DNA from: Malacoraja senta | Lineage: Eukaryota | Direction of reading: 5' to 3' | Assembly (NCBI GenBank): GCA_038087875.1 | Contig: JAXLNO010000309.1 | Span: 62,001 to 126,000 of the forward strand | Length of the DNA stretch: 64,000 nucleotides | Part shown: positions 51,248-62,958 of the stretch, piece after piece | Position numbering within the stretch: the first letter of the stretch is position 1 | How the letters are laid out: the number at the start of each line of letters is the position of its first letter | The notes under the pieces: model-generated | Told to the model about the DNA's origin: nothing | Database searches by the model: none | What the model saw: only the letters and a program-made list of their open reading frames with translations | Position numbers and translations under genes: made by a program

Positions 51248-52131
51248 AGGTACACAAAAATGCTGGAGAAACTCAGCGTATGCAGCAGCATCTATGGAGC
51301 GAAGGAAATAGGTAACGTTTCGGGCCGAAACCCTTCTTCAGACTGATAGGGGGTGGGGAGAAGAAAGGAAAAAAGGAAAAGGAGGAGGAGGAGCCCGAGG
51401 GCTGGGGGGAGGGGAGGAGACAACCAGATGGCTGATGAAGGGGAGGGGACAGCCAGGGCTAGCAGAATTGGGAGAATTCAACGTTCAGGCCACCAGGATG
51501 TAGACTGCCCAAGCGGAATATGAGGTGCATTTCCTCCAATTTACGGTGTTGCTCGCTGTGGCCATGGAGGAGACCCAGGACAGAGAGGTCAGATACGGAA
51601 TGGGAGGGGGAGTTGAAGTGCTGAGCCACCGGGAGTTCAGGTTGGTTATTGCGGACCGACCGGAGGTGTTCGGCGAAACGATCGCCAAGCCTCCGCTTGG
51701 TCTCACCGATGTAGATCAGCTGGCATCTAGAGCAGCGAATGCAATAGATGAGGTTGGAGGAGATGCAGGTGAACCTCTGTCGCACCTGGAACGACTGCTT
51801 GGGTCCTGGAATGGAGTGGAGGGGGGAAGTGAAGGGACAAGTGTTGCATCTCTTGCGGTTGCAAGGGAAAGTACCAGGGGAGGGGGTGGTATGGGAGGGA
51901 AGGGAAGAATTGACAAGGGAGTTACGGAGGGAGCGGTCTTTGCGGAAGGCAGACATAGGGGGAGATGGGAAGATGTGGCGAGTGGTGGGGTCACGTTGGA
52001 GGTGGCGAAACTGACGGAGGATCACTTGTTGTATGTGACGGCTGGTGGGGTGAAAGGTGAGGACTAGGGGGACTCTGTCGTGCCTTGCCTTAGTGTGAGT
52101 AAGGCACTGAGTAAGGCACGACACTTGCCTT
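51248..52131 (-). mobile_element. 5'-truncated Penelope element with GIY-YIG endonuclease ORF remnant and pseudo-LTR; 11-bp TSD
   Basis: ORF 51459-52124: PLVLTFHP, CNRKRCNTC, NLIYCIRCSRCQLIYIGETKRRLGDRFAEH. TSD AGAAGTGTCGT at 51237-51247 and 52132-52142. Confidence 0.92.
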
Positions 52132-52254
52132 AGAAGTGTCGTGCCTTACTCAGTCTCTGCCAGACCCAGGAAGCCAGAGGGTCGTGGCTCTCGGAGCTGC
52201 GAATAACACTGAACGCACGTCTACTCCACGGTGAGTCCCCGGGATGTGGGTTTC

Positions 52255-52856
52255 AACAAATGTGTTTTGTGGGCTTGCTAAGTGTTTTTGGCCTAATTGG
52301 CTATTTTTAAGTGCTTTCAGCAAAAGGAATGTCTTTTGTTGGCTTGCTGAGTGGTTTTGCCCTAATTGGCTTTTTTACGTGCTTTCATCAAAACGAATGT
52401 CTTTTCTCGGCTTGCTGAGTGGTTTTGCCCTAGTTGGCTTTTTTAAGTGCTTTCAGCAAATCGAATGTCTTTTGTCGGCTTGCTGAGTTGTTTTGCCCTA
52501 ATTTTCTTTTTTAAAGTGCTTTCAGCAAAACTAATGTCTTTTGTCGGCTTGCTGTGGTTTTGCCCTAATTGGCTCTTTTTAAAGTGCTTTCAGCAAAACG
52601 AATGTCTTTTGTCGGCTTGCTGAGTGGTTTTGCCCTAATTTGCTTATATTTAAGTGCTTTCAGCAAAACGAATGTCTTTTGTCGGCTTGCTGAGTGGTTT
52701 TGCCCTAATTGGCTTTTTAAAAGTGCTTTCAGCAAAACGAATGTCTTTTGTCGGCTTGCTGAGTGGTTTGGCCCTAATTGGCTTTTTTGAAAGTGCTTTT
52801 CAGCGGACGGATGTGTTTTGTCGGCTTGCTCAGCGTTTTTTCCCCAATTGCCTGGC
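52255..52856. repeat. About 69-bp tandem minisatellite, left part (about 8-9 units)
   Basis: Unit GTGCTTTCAGCAAAACGAATGTCTTTTGTCGGCTTGCTGAGTGGTTTTGCCCTAATTGGCTTTTTAAAA; spacing 52654 to 52723. Confidence 0.93.
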
Positions 52857-53325
52857 TTTTTTTTTTTTTTTTTTTATTTTTTTTTTTTTACTTCTTAATC
52901 TTTTTATTTGAATTTCACGGCAATTTACATACATACAATAATAACAGACAGTAATAATCAAGGCATAATTGCACAACAGTATGTAAGCGATCCTCAAAAC
53001 CCTTACCCATACCCACCTTCAACCCACCCAAGTCAGGTCGGAGCCAAACGAGGACAAACAACACTCACATACGTACACATCCACACACAAATGGTAGAAT
53101 AGACGAAACAAAATGTGCTATATAAAAAAAATAAAAAAATAAAAAATAGAAAAAATAAATAAATAATTAAATAAGAAAAAAAAAAGAAAAAAAATTAATT
53201 AATCTTCTTTAAATTTCTTAAGACATATATATATATATATACATATATATCTCAATAAACCATTGTAGGGAGGGGGGATTAAGGGGAAAGCAGCTGCTGT
53301 AGAACAAAACGATGATGGAGAACAC

Positions 53326-56300
53326 TCAGTCCTCTTCCGAGTCCGGGGACAAGGTAAGAGAGTTAACCAGTTCAAGGAAAGGGTTCCATGTATCTAGGAA
53401 TGTCTTGGTAGAACCTTTGAGAGAGAACCTAAGTTTTTCAAGTTTCAGATTGTAAAGCACCTCCTTAATCCAACGGGCGTGTGTCGGGGGACAGGTGAGC
53501 CTCCAATTAAGCAAGATCAGTCTCCGGGCTAACAAGGTTGTAAAAGCTAGGACCCGTTTCACCGCAACAGAGAGGTTGGTATTAGGAGGGGTACCGAAAA
53601 TGGCTGACATTGGATTTGGAAGAATAGTCTGGTCATAAGCTCTACTTATCAATTCAAAAGCACTCCTCCAAAAGGCTGCTAGCTTAGGGCAAGACCAAAA
53701 CATGTGGCTATGGTTGGCGGGAGATTGACTACATCTGTTACAGGTGTCATTGACAGCTGGATACATTCTAGCTAATCTTGCATTTGTATAGTGGACTTTG
53801 TAGAGGGCTTTGCATTGGATTAGGCCATGACGAGCGCATATAGAAGAAGAGTGGATCAAATCCAAGGCAGAGTCCCATTGCTGGTCTGTTAATTGCGTAT
53901 TCAGCTCTCCCTCCCACGCAGCTTTTTAATGAGTATGAGGTTTCAATAAAACCGACCCTAGCAAATTATACAAAATAGAGATGCATTTCTTCCGATTGGG
54001 GTCTAAAGCTAAAATGATATCGGTCAGGGTTTCAGGAGGGCGATTTGGGAAGTAGGGAAATGTCTTCTTCACAAAATCCCTAATCTGGAAAAACCGAAAA
54101 AGGTGGAAGGCTGGGAGGTTGTAGTTAGACGAGAGCTCCGCGAAAGATGAGAAGATACCACCCTTATATAGGTTTTTAATACTACTGATGCCATTACTAT
54201 GCCAGGTTTTAAATGTGTGGTCTATACTTGAAGGTTTAAAAATGTGATTTTTAAGCAGTGGGGTCAAGATGGAAGGACCCTGTAAACCGAGGTTTTTCCT
54301 AAATTGACTCCATATCTTGAGCGAAAGGGACACAATTGGGCCTGCACCCACAGATGTTATAGAAAGGGGGAGTTGGGAGCATAAGACAGACCGCAATGGG
54401 AGACGTGAACTCGCCTTTTCCATGTATACCCAGATCGGTGGGTGCTCGCAATCATCATTCATCCAATACAGGAGTTTTTGCAAGTTAGCTGCCCAGTAGT
54501 ATCGCCTAAAGTCAGGGAGGGCCAAACCGCCATCACTCTTAGGAGACTGCAGTATCGCCTTTCGGATTCTGACCGGTTTGCTACCCCATAAGAATTTAGA
54601 TATTGTCCTTTCTAATTTGTCAAAAAAAGATTTGGTGATAAGTATGGGGATATGCTGGAAAACATACAGGAATTTGGGTAGGACAACCATCTTAACCAGA
54701 TTTATCCGGCCCACGAGGGATAGAGGTAAGACTGACCAGCGATCAAAATCCTTTTCGGCTTTCTCAACCAGAGGCAAAAAGTTTGTGCGGAACATATCAG
54801 ATAAGGATATTGTGATAAAAACGCCGAGATAGCGAAACCCATCCTCTGCCCTTTTCAATGAGGTTAAAGAGCGAGGGAGCTGCTTAGCCGGTAAGTAAAT
54901 CGGTAGTAGCTCACTCTTTTGGTAGTTAAGTTTATAACCAGAGTATGCACCAAACCGTTCTAAAATATTCATAATCACAGGGAGAGAACTGACTGGGTTC
55001 GAGATGTACAGGAGCAGGTCATCCGCATACAATGAGACTTTATGAGTTGTGTCAAACCGTGTAATACCTTCAAAGCCCTTCTCTGCGCGTAACCAGACCG
55101 CCAGGGGTTCTATCGCGACATCAAACAAGAGTGGAGATAACGGGCAACCCTGTCTGGTACCTCTCTGAAGTGTGAAGTGGGGCGACAGTATGTCGTTTGT
55201 TTGTACTGAAGCCACCGGGGACGAATATAATAGGCTCACCCAGAGAATAAAACTGTTGCCGAGGCCAAACCTATCCATCGCTTCATAAAGGTACCTCCAC
55301 TCAACCCTGTCGAAGGCCTTTTCGGCATCGAGGGAGACCATCATCTCCGGGGTCTCATTACTCGAAGAGTGAATGATGTTAAGGAGACGCCTAGTATTAT
55401 GGGAAGACTGTCGGCCAGGTATAAACCCTGTTTGATCCAACGAGATAATAGAGGGCATCACTTGCTGAAGACGAAGCGCAAGGACTTTAGAAAGGATTTT
55501 GAGGTCCACATTCAGGAGTGAGATTGGTCTATAGCTACCACAAAGCAGGGGATCTTTCTCCTTTTTAAGAATTAGGGAAATGGTAGCCCACGACAAGGTG
55601 GGCGGTAGGCGACGATGTAAAAACGCCTCATTATACATATCTCTCAGGACTGGTGCAAGGAGGTCAGAGAAAGCTTTGTAATATTCTACAGAGAAGCCGT
55701 CAGGGCCGGGTGACTTTCCGCTTTGCAGCGATGTGATGGCTGCTTGGACCTCAGCTACAGTTATGGGACCACCCAAGTCTCTCATGGCTTCTTCGTCAAT
55801 TCGAGGAAGCGTCATACTACTGAACATGTCACCTGCAGTGGGGGGACAGTCGGAAGTGTATAGTTCAGTGTAGAATTTAGCAAATGCTTCATTAATTCTG
55901 AGAGGATCAGTATGAGTCTCCCCTGAGCTGGATCTAATGGCTGGAATTAGCCGTGAAGTCGCCTCTGTTCTGGCTTGGTGGGCCAAGAGCTTTCCAGCTT
56001 TATCCCCAGATTCAAAAAAGTGTTGCCTAGATTTAAGCAGTCGTAGTTTGGCTTTATTAATGGATATGAGGTCAAAGTCTGTTTGTAGCCTAAGGCGTTT
56101 TCTATAGAGATTAGGGTTTGGGTCAGATGCATATTTGTCATCAATGTCCTTTATTTTTTGTAACAGATCTGTCGTTTGGAACGTCTCGGTTCTTTTCAGG
56201 TTGGAGATAAAGGAAATGAGTTGGCCCCTAATATAGGCTTTTGAAGCTTCCCAAAGTATACCTCTTTCTATGTCCGGCGAGTCATTCAGCTCAAAATATA

Positions 56301-57117
56301 GGGTGATTTGAGAGTGCAAGAATTGCATGTAGTGAGCCTCTGCTAATAATGAGGAGTTGAACCTCCACTTAAAGGGGTTAGTTCGTTTACGAAAATGAAG
56401 ATCAAGGGAGGTCGCAGCATGATCTGATATTACGATGCTATGGTACTCACTGGATTTGATTTTGGAAAGCAATCTATTATCTAAGAGAAAGAAGTCTATA
56501 CGGGTAAACGTACGATGTACGTGGGAGAAAAATGAAAATAATTTAGTCGTGGGGAATATAAATCTCCATGGATCTGTGAGCCCCAGTTGTTTGGCGAGAA
56601 CATGCAGAGTCTTACCGGATTTAGTTAAAGTAGAGGCTTTATTCGAAGATCTATCCAGTATAGGATCTTGGACCAGATTAAAATCTCCACCCACAATGAC
56701 ATGGTGATTTTCAATATTTGGGAGAGATGTAAAAAATTTAGTTATAAATGAGCTGTCATCCCAGTTGGGTCCATAAATGCTTGCCAATATGACAGGTGTG
56801 TCTTGCAGTTTGCCCGACACCATGACAAAGCGACCAGCAGGGTCTTCCACAGTTTTCTGTGGTTCGAACTTAATGTTCTTACGAATCAGGATAGCGGTGC
56901 CCCTAGCCCTATTATTAAATTTCGAGTGAAATAGTTGACTAATCCAGCCTCTCTTAAGCCGTGTTACCTCTCTGTTGCGAAGGTGGGTCTCTTGGATAAA
57001 GAATATATCGCCTTTGAGCTGTTGCAAATGGGCCAAGATCCTATCAGTTTTGGTAGGACTTCCCATCCCTCTCACGTTCCACGAGACAAATCTAAGAGTA
57101 TCGTTTGTGTTGGCCAT
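53326..57117 (-). pseudogene. L1 ORF2 (APE + RT + C-terminal CCHC), about 1263 codons with one in-frame TAA at 53926-53928
   Basis: SWNVRG, QETH, GGDFN, SDH, KSPGPDG, SYRPISLL, DAEKAFD, RQGCPLSP, YADD. ORF 53326-53865 (CNRC...HSHMFWSC) is in the same frame. Confidence 0.93.
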
Positions 57118-57221
57118 TTTTAGCTATATGGGTAATGCGCTGTAGTTCTGCAAAACGAGACGGAAGAGCGCATCGAAACCAGCTGCCAAGAGTGGGGATA
57201 TGGAGGGGGAGGGGGGGGGAG

Positions 57222-57254
<33 letters not shown>

Positions 57255-58380
57255 TACATATATATATATATGTGAAGTAAAATAAAACAAAAACATAAAA
57301 ACAAAAAAACAAGAACAAAAACATACACACACGACAAACAAGTGGGACACATATCATTTAACCATCTTTCAAACCTGAGTCTCCAGACCTGAGATCCCCC
57401 GTGTCTCAACTGAACCTTAAGTGCCCATTGCACCAAGGTGCGTTGTCCTCGCTTCCGCATGGAGATATCCGATCTTAACTCCCTATATCACAGCTTCCCA
57501 AAGCGACGGAGTCACTCAGTGTCGATAATGTAACATGAAATAAAATAAGTATAGTAATAGTAATAATGACGATGATGATAATAATTTGAAAAACAGAGAA
57601 TAGGAATAAAGTAAGATAAACATACATTGATAAATGCAAGGTTAAAATAATAATCATAATGGTTGTACTGCCAGTACCATTGCTAACACTAATAGTAATA
57701 ATAGCAATGATGATAGTCACAGTAAGACAAAGCCTATTAACAAAATGGTGATACTAAGTAAACCGGCTAGCGTGTAAGTGGAGCCAGAATAACTTCCTTT
57801 GGTGTTGCATAGTATGACTTAAAATCGACAAAGTATAAAGAGAGAGTTAGCATTGGTGAAGTTAGCAAATTACAAACTGGGCTGTTGGATTAAGGCGCAA
57901 CGCCAAAGGCATCAATTATGTTTTGTTAAACAAAAAGGGTATAAGATAAGATTTGTATAACACAGCCCTGGCTGTAATGAGCTCTTATCAGCCCCAGACA
58001 GTTCGTTATGAAGACTAGTATAAGCAAACTAGCCAGGTGCTGACAGCGTTAGCGGCCAGCTGCTAAGAACAGGAAGGCAGAGACCAAATCACAAACCACA
58101 AAGTGGGTCCCTTAAGCCCAGCTTTATAGCATATGCTGGTGAGGGACCCCTCAAGCATGATCACACCTAGACAATATAAGAAAAAGTTGATATAAAACAT
58201 TCGCAACTCCTGGTGATTTCTTACCAGCCTCATACATTTCGAAACCGGGGTCTAACATAATCAGCAATGCTGAACGCTAACCATAGCTAGATATTAGGAA
58301 CAGTCAAGCTAAAGTTAGTCCATGTAACCATAGGTTAACCGTGCCCCTGTGCCACTCGAATATAGACGTACTGAACGAAG

Positions 58381-59208
58381 TCAGTCATCTGTGGGTCCCG
58401 GTCTGCGTCGACGGTAAGATGAGATGAAATCCCGAGCGTCCTCGGGAGATGTTAGTCGTCGCCTCTTTCCCTCCCCGGACATAATGAACAGCTTGGCTGG
58501 ATAATGAAGGGAGGGTTTGAAACCCACGTTGTACAGCTCCTTCATAACGTCTCGGTACGCGAAGCGTTGTTCAACTATCTCGGGACAGTAGTCTTCGAAA
58601 ATGTGGAACGGGGTATCTTTGTATTTCAGCTTACCCCTCTGCCTCCGAGCCTCACGTACCACCAACTCACGGGTCTGGTATCTATGAAAGCAGATCACAA
58701 CTGCTCTGGGTTTCTCACCAGGGCTTGGCTTGGCTGTTAGCGTACGGTGGGCTCGGTCTAGCTCCGGGGCTGATTCCAGTATGTGTTCGCCAAGAGTCTC
58801 GAGCAGAAATTGAGAGAAAAACGCTGTTGTTTGGGAGCCCTCGATATTCTCTGGAAGACCCACTATCCTTATGTTATTTCGGCGACTCCTACCTTCCAGG
58901 CTGATAAGCTTAGCCTTTAGCTTGGCGTTGTCTTCGGTCACCGTAGTTAACATTGACGTTAAAGCTCGTATATCTTGGCTAGTGGTAGCGGCAAAAGACT
59001 CTAATGACGAGAGACGGTGTTGGTGGTCTAGCATAGTGGTCTGGATATTGTCCAGCTTCGTTTCCAATTTGGTAAACGCAGTGTTGAATTCTGCCAGTAA
59101 CAATACCTTATGTTCTGTTAACATGGCTGCTAGCGTAGCCATACTGGTGCTGGTGCTGGTCGCCGGATCTTCTGTCTTTTGCTCCGCTTTCTTTCCTTTG
59201 TTTGGCAT
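58381..59208 (-). CDS. L1 ORF1 protein (coiled coil, RRM, CTD), intact, 275 aa
   Basis: LEGRSRRNNIRIVGLPE, LDRAHR, PRAVVICFHRY, FEDY and YPAKL motifs. Confidence 0.92.
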   Translation of the reverse strand: MPNKGKKAEQKTEDPATSTSTSMATLAAMLTEHKVLLLAEFNTAFTKLETKLDNIQTTMLDHQHRLSSLESFAATTSQDIRALTSMLTTVTEDNAKLKAKLISLEGRSRRNNIRIVGLPENIEGSQTTAFFSQFLLETLGEHILESAPELDRAHRTLTAKPSPGEKPRAVVICFHRYQTRELVVREARRQRGKLKYKDTPFHIFEDYCPEIVEQRFAYRDVMKELYNVGFKPSLHYPAKLFIMSGEGKRRRLTSPEDARDFISSYRRRRPGPTDD

Positions 59209-59357
59209 CTTTACAGCATAGAGAGGTACTCACAATGATGTTTAAATGTTTGTGGGTGGTTAAAAAACTTAGACTGAGCTGTAATAAAAGTTGGAGGTGA
59301 AAAGGTCGGGAGCTGGAAAAGTGCGACTACTCCAACATGCCGCCCCCACCGGAGGTC

Positions 59358-59678
59358 TTGCCTGGCTTTTTTAAAGTGGTTTTCAGCGGACGGCTGTGTT
59401 TTGTCGGCTTGCTCAGTGTTTTTTCCCCAATTGCCTGGCTTTTTTTAAGTGCTTTTCAGCGGACGGACATGTTTTGTCGGCTTGCTCAGTGTTTTCCCCC
59501 CCAATTGCCTGGCTTTTTTTAAGTGCTTTTCAGCGGTCGGATGTCTTTTGTCGGCTTCCTTGCTCGGTGTTTATCTCCCCCATTCCCTGGCTGTTTTTTA
59601 AAGTGCTTTTCAGCGAACGGGCGTGTTTTGGCGGCTTGCCTGCTCCGTGTTTTTCCCCCCATTGCCTGGCTTTTTAAA
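59358..59678. repeat. About 70-75-bp minisatellite, right part (variant units)
   Basis: Continuation of the 52255-52856 array beyond the L1. Confidence 0.9.
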
Positions 59679-59788
59679 GGGCTTGTTTGCAACAGTTTTC
59701 GGATGGATAAAGTGAATAAACATTTTATTAGATCAGAACTGTGTTTAATTTCAAAACTGGCGCTCATTCTGTGATTTTCGCTTGGTTG

Positions 59789-59947
59789 CAAGATGCCGCC
59801 GATGATGTCATTTCCGGTTAGCGGCATGCAGGCGCTGAGTGCGTCATTTCCGGTTCGTGGCAAGCAGCGGGAGGGTGACGTCAAGATGGCGCCGAGTACA
59901 GGCGCTGTTGAATAATTCAGGAGTTTACTACTCTGTCTATGGTGAGT
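59789..59947 (+). promoter_or_regulatory. CpG-rich promoter-like module (ETS/half-CRE x2, CRE, YY1) followed by a splice-donor-like site
   Basis: TGTCATTTCCGGT 59806-59818, GCGTCATTTCCGGT 59841-59854, TGACGTCA 59876-59883, CAAGATGGCGCC 59882-59893, G|GTGAGT 59941-59947. Confidence 0.5.
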
Positions 59948-60071
59948 GTGTTTGTTGGACGTTATTTAAAGCATGATTTTGCTTCAGCAGCCTCCACAGC
60001 AGGCGTTAAAGATTCGTTTTACACACTGTATATTCAACACGTTCTGAAGTTTCTTGGCTTTTTAGTATTGG

Positions 60072-60238
60072 GTGTGTGTGTGTGTGAATGAGTCTGTGTG
60101 TGCGTGTGCATGTGCGTGTGCGTGGGCCTGTGCGTGTGCGTGTGCGTGTGCTTGTGCGTGTCTGTGTGTGTGTGTGTGTGTGCGAATGAGTCTGTGTTTG
60201 TGTATGTATGAGTCTGTGTGTGTGTATATGAGTGTGTG

Positions 60239-60276
<38 letters not shown>

Positions 60277-60496
60277 AGTCTCTGTGTGCTTATGTGTGAA
60301 TGAGTCTGTGTGTGTGTATGTGTGAATGACTCTGTGTGGGTATGTGTGTGAAAGAGTCTATGTGTGTGTGTATGTGAAAGAGTCTGTGTGTGTGTATGTA
60401 TGAGTCTGTGTGTGTACGAGTCTGTGTGTGTACGAGTCTGTGTGTGCGTATATGAGTCTGTGTGTGTGTATATGAGTCTGTGTGTGTCAGTGAGTC

Positions 60497-60545
<49 letters not shown>

Positions 60546-60570
60546 ATCTGTGTGTGAGTGCCTGTGTGAG
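60072..60570. repeat. Complex (TG)n-based simple repeat with recurring TGAGTCTG
   Basis: Directly visible. Confidence 0.93.
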
Positions 60571-61110
60571 GTGCAGGGTGTATGTGATCAACAAATAACA
60601 ACTAGTACAAATAATATAGTCTTTCGTAGTTCAGAGCTTATTTGTTATGTTTCATAGCCTGATGGCTGTCAGGAAGAAGCTGTTCCTCAATGTAGATGTT
60701 ACAGTTTTCAGTTTACAAAAGTCGGACGTGACTCCAGAAGTCGGGCATAAGTCAGTCAGTCAGTCCGCAAGCCGTCAGTCAGTCAGTCCAAAGGCCATGA
60801 GTTAATCCCAAGGCAGTGAGTGAGTCCAGCGGTCATGATTAAGTCGCTCACCGCCCCCCTCCCCCACCTCGACGCTGCCCTGCGCCTGGCTATAGGATGC
60901 GCCCCCACCTGCCCACTACTGAAGCCGCCCACATCCCCTGCTGGAGGACCCCCCCCTTTCTCATCAGCCTACGAGAGCCCCCGCCTGAAGTTGTCCCCCT
61001 CCCTTGGCTGCACTACATTTGCCACCCCCACCCCACCCTGACAGCCCCCGCCTCAAAAAATGTTTTGCACACATTCTTCAGTGTTCATTAACAACTGAAA
61101 TTGTCTTTAG

Positions 61111-62337
61111 GCTGCTTTTTCGACACGATGTCAGGAAACGTTAGAGGTCAAGGTGATGTGGCTATTGCTGTAGCATCCTCTGGGATAGCAGCTACATTAA
61201 TGCCTGGTGGAAGAACTACTCATTCTCGATTCAAGGTACCCATCCAAGTGGCCGAGTATACAGTCTGCAACATCGAGAAGAACTCTCTGACGGCACATTT
61301 CATGAGGCAAGTGAAAGTCATCGTTTGGGATGAATGTCCAATGATTAGGAGAGAAAGCATTGAAGCGGTTGACAGAACTCTTCAAGATGTCTGCAGCAAC
61401 ACTAAGCCTTTTGGCAGCATTCTTATCGTTTGTTGTGGCGATTTTCGACAACCACTTGCTGTGGTGAAAAGGGGAAACGATGCTGATGTTGAAAATGCCT
61501 GCATCAAGAAATCCTACTTGTGGAGACTTTTCACCAAGTTTCAATTGCACAAAAATATGCGATTGACAGAGGGAGAAGGCGACTATTCTCAATTTTTGTT
61601 GAAAGTTGGAGAAGACAAGATTTTAAAGAATGAAGACGATGAAATTGAAATCCCACAAGACATGCTTCTATCAGCAGAAACACTGAAGGATTGTATTGAT
61701 TTCATCTATCCCACATTTGACAATCCTGCAGAATTATTCTCCAACAATTGTATCTTGGTTCCTCACAACGATACCACGAGAAGCATCAATTCTACATGCA
61801 TCAGACGCTTCCCTGGAATCGTTAAGGAGTACTTTTCTTTCAATCCTGTCATTGAAGGAACTCATAATACTGACTTTCCAACAGGATTCACTCGAGCTCT
61901 CTGGGTTACCACCACACAAATTGGAGTTGAAAAAAGGATCTCCAATCATATTAATGAGAAACCTGGAGCCGCCAAAGCTTTGCAATAAAACGAGGATGGT
62001 TGTGGAAGAGATACACAATAATCTGTTCGTTGCAAAAATCAACATGGGAGCCTTCAAAGATGACATTGTTCTCATTTCTAGGATAGCACTCATTTTGACA
62101 GAAGGTGAAGACATTCCCCTTCAGCGGACCCAATTCCACGTTCAATCAGGTTTTGCTATGACGATCCATAAAGCACAAGGACAAACAATGCAGAAGGTGT
62201 TGATCTACCTCGACAAACCTGTATTTCGGCATGGACAACTATATGTTAGCCGAGGAAAGATGAAGGGAAATGTCAACGTTTTCCTGAAGGATGGAACATC
62301 GACCAAGAATGTTGTCATTAAAAGCGTGCTTCGTTGA
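61111..62337 (+). pseudogene. Helitron-type Pif1 (SF1B) helicase fragment; frameshift near 61885; no Walker A or Rep domain seen
   Basis: AVASSGIAATL..GGRTTHSRFK, IVWDECPM, DRTLQD...PFG, GDFRQ, NMRL, SGLPPHKLELKKGSPIILMRNL, FAMTIHKAQGQT, VFRHGQLYV. Confidence 0.9.
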
Positions 62338-62899
62338 ATGATGACTTCTGAGATAAATTCTCAGATTTTCTTTCTTAAAATTTGACCGCTGAATTTCTCT
62401 ATATTAAAATGGTCTCTTTTTATCAACAGGAAATAGTCATCAAGAGGCAGTGAGCAGCAGAACACAACAAGAGACACAACAAGAGACACAACAAGAAATA
62501 ACTTAATAATTATCATCTTTAACATTTAAATTGTTCTTATATTTTAAGAGTCATTCACATTTTAAACTTTAATAAATCCTTTTTGCACTTTTGATGCCTG
62601 CGTGTTCTGCATCACAATGGGAACCTTAAAGGCCCTTTCTCACGAGTCTGCGGTCTATGGCGGCGAAACGGGAAGAATCTGCCGCCATAGACCGCGCACT
62701 CGTGACAAAGTACAATTCCCGGGCCGTGCGCCGGTGTTCCCAACACCGCGCGGTGCTAAAATAAATTCTACACTGTCCAAAACTAAATACTCACCGCACA
62801 ACCTCCACCAGTGATGCACGAGTGCGCACGGCCGCTCGCACGGGCCGCCGCCAGTGTGGGTCGAGCGCCGTGCGTCAAACCTCCTCTGCCACAGCCTCT

Positions 62900-62958
62900 G
62901 CCAGTGAGGCACGTGCCGCCGCCAGTGAGGCACGTGCCGCCGCCAGTGAGGCACGTGT
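62900..62958. repeat. 21-bp tandem repeat, about 3 copies (GCCAGTGAGGCACGTGCCGCC)
   Basis: Directly visible. Confidence 0.85.

Larger units (their letters stand above)
52863..59357 (-). mobile_element. Full-length L1-clade LINE (about 6.5 kb) with poly(A) tail and 15-bp TSD
   Basis: TSD TTGCCTGGCTTTTTT at 52848-52862 and 59358-59372; TTT/AAAAAA-type target on the element strand. ORF1 and ORF2 are both present. Confidence 0.95.

Noticed and set aside
52255..52856. Regular ~69-bp repeats resembling a CRISPR array
   Set aside because: Units are contiguous with no unique spacers, there are no cas genes, and the context is eukaryotic. It is a minisatellite.
46756..59351. One large DNA transposon bounded by the 63-bp inverted repeats
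   Set aside because: Each repeat is the 5' end of a separate LINE with its own A-rich tail, and the L1 has its own 15-bp TSD.
61101..62337. Host PIF1 helicase gene
   Set aside because: The motifs are Helitron-type, and the sequence is frameshifted, lacks Walker A and is embedded in a transposon stack.
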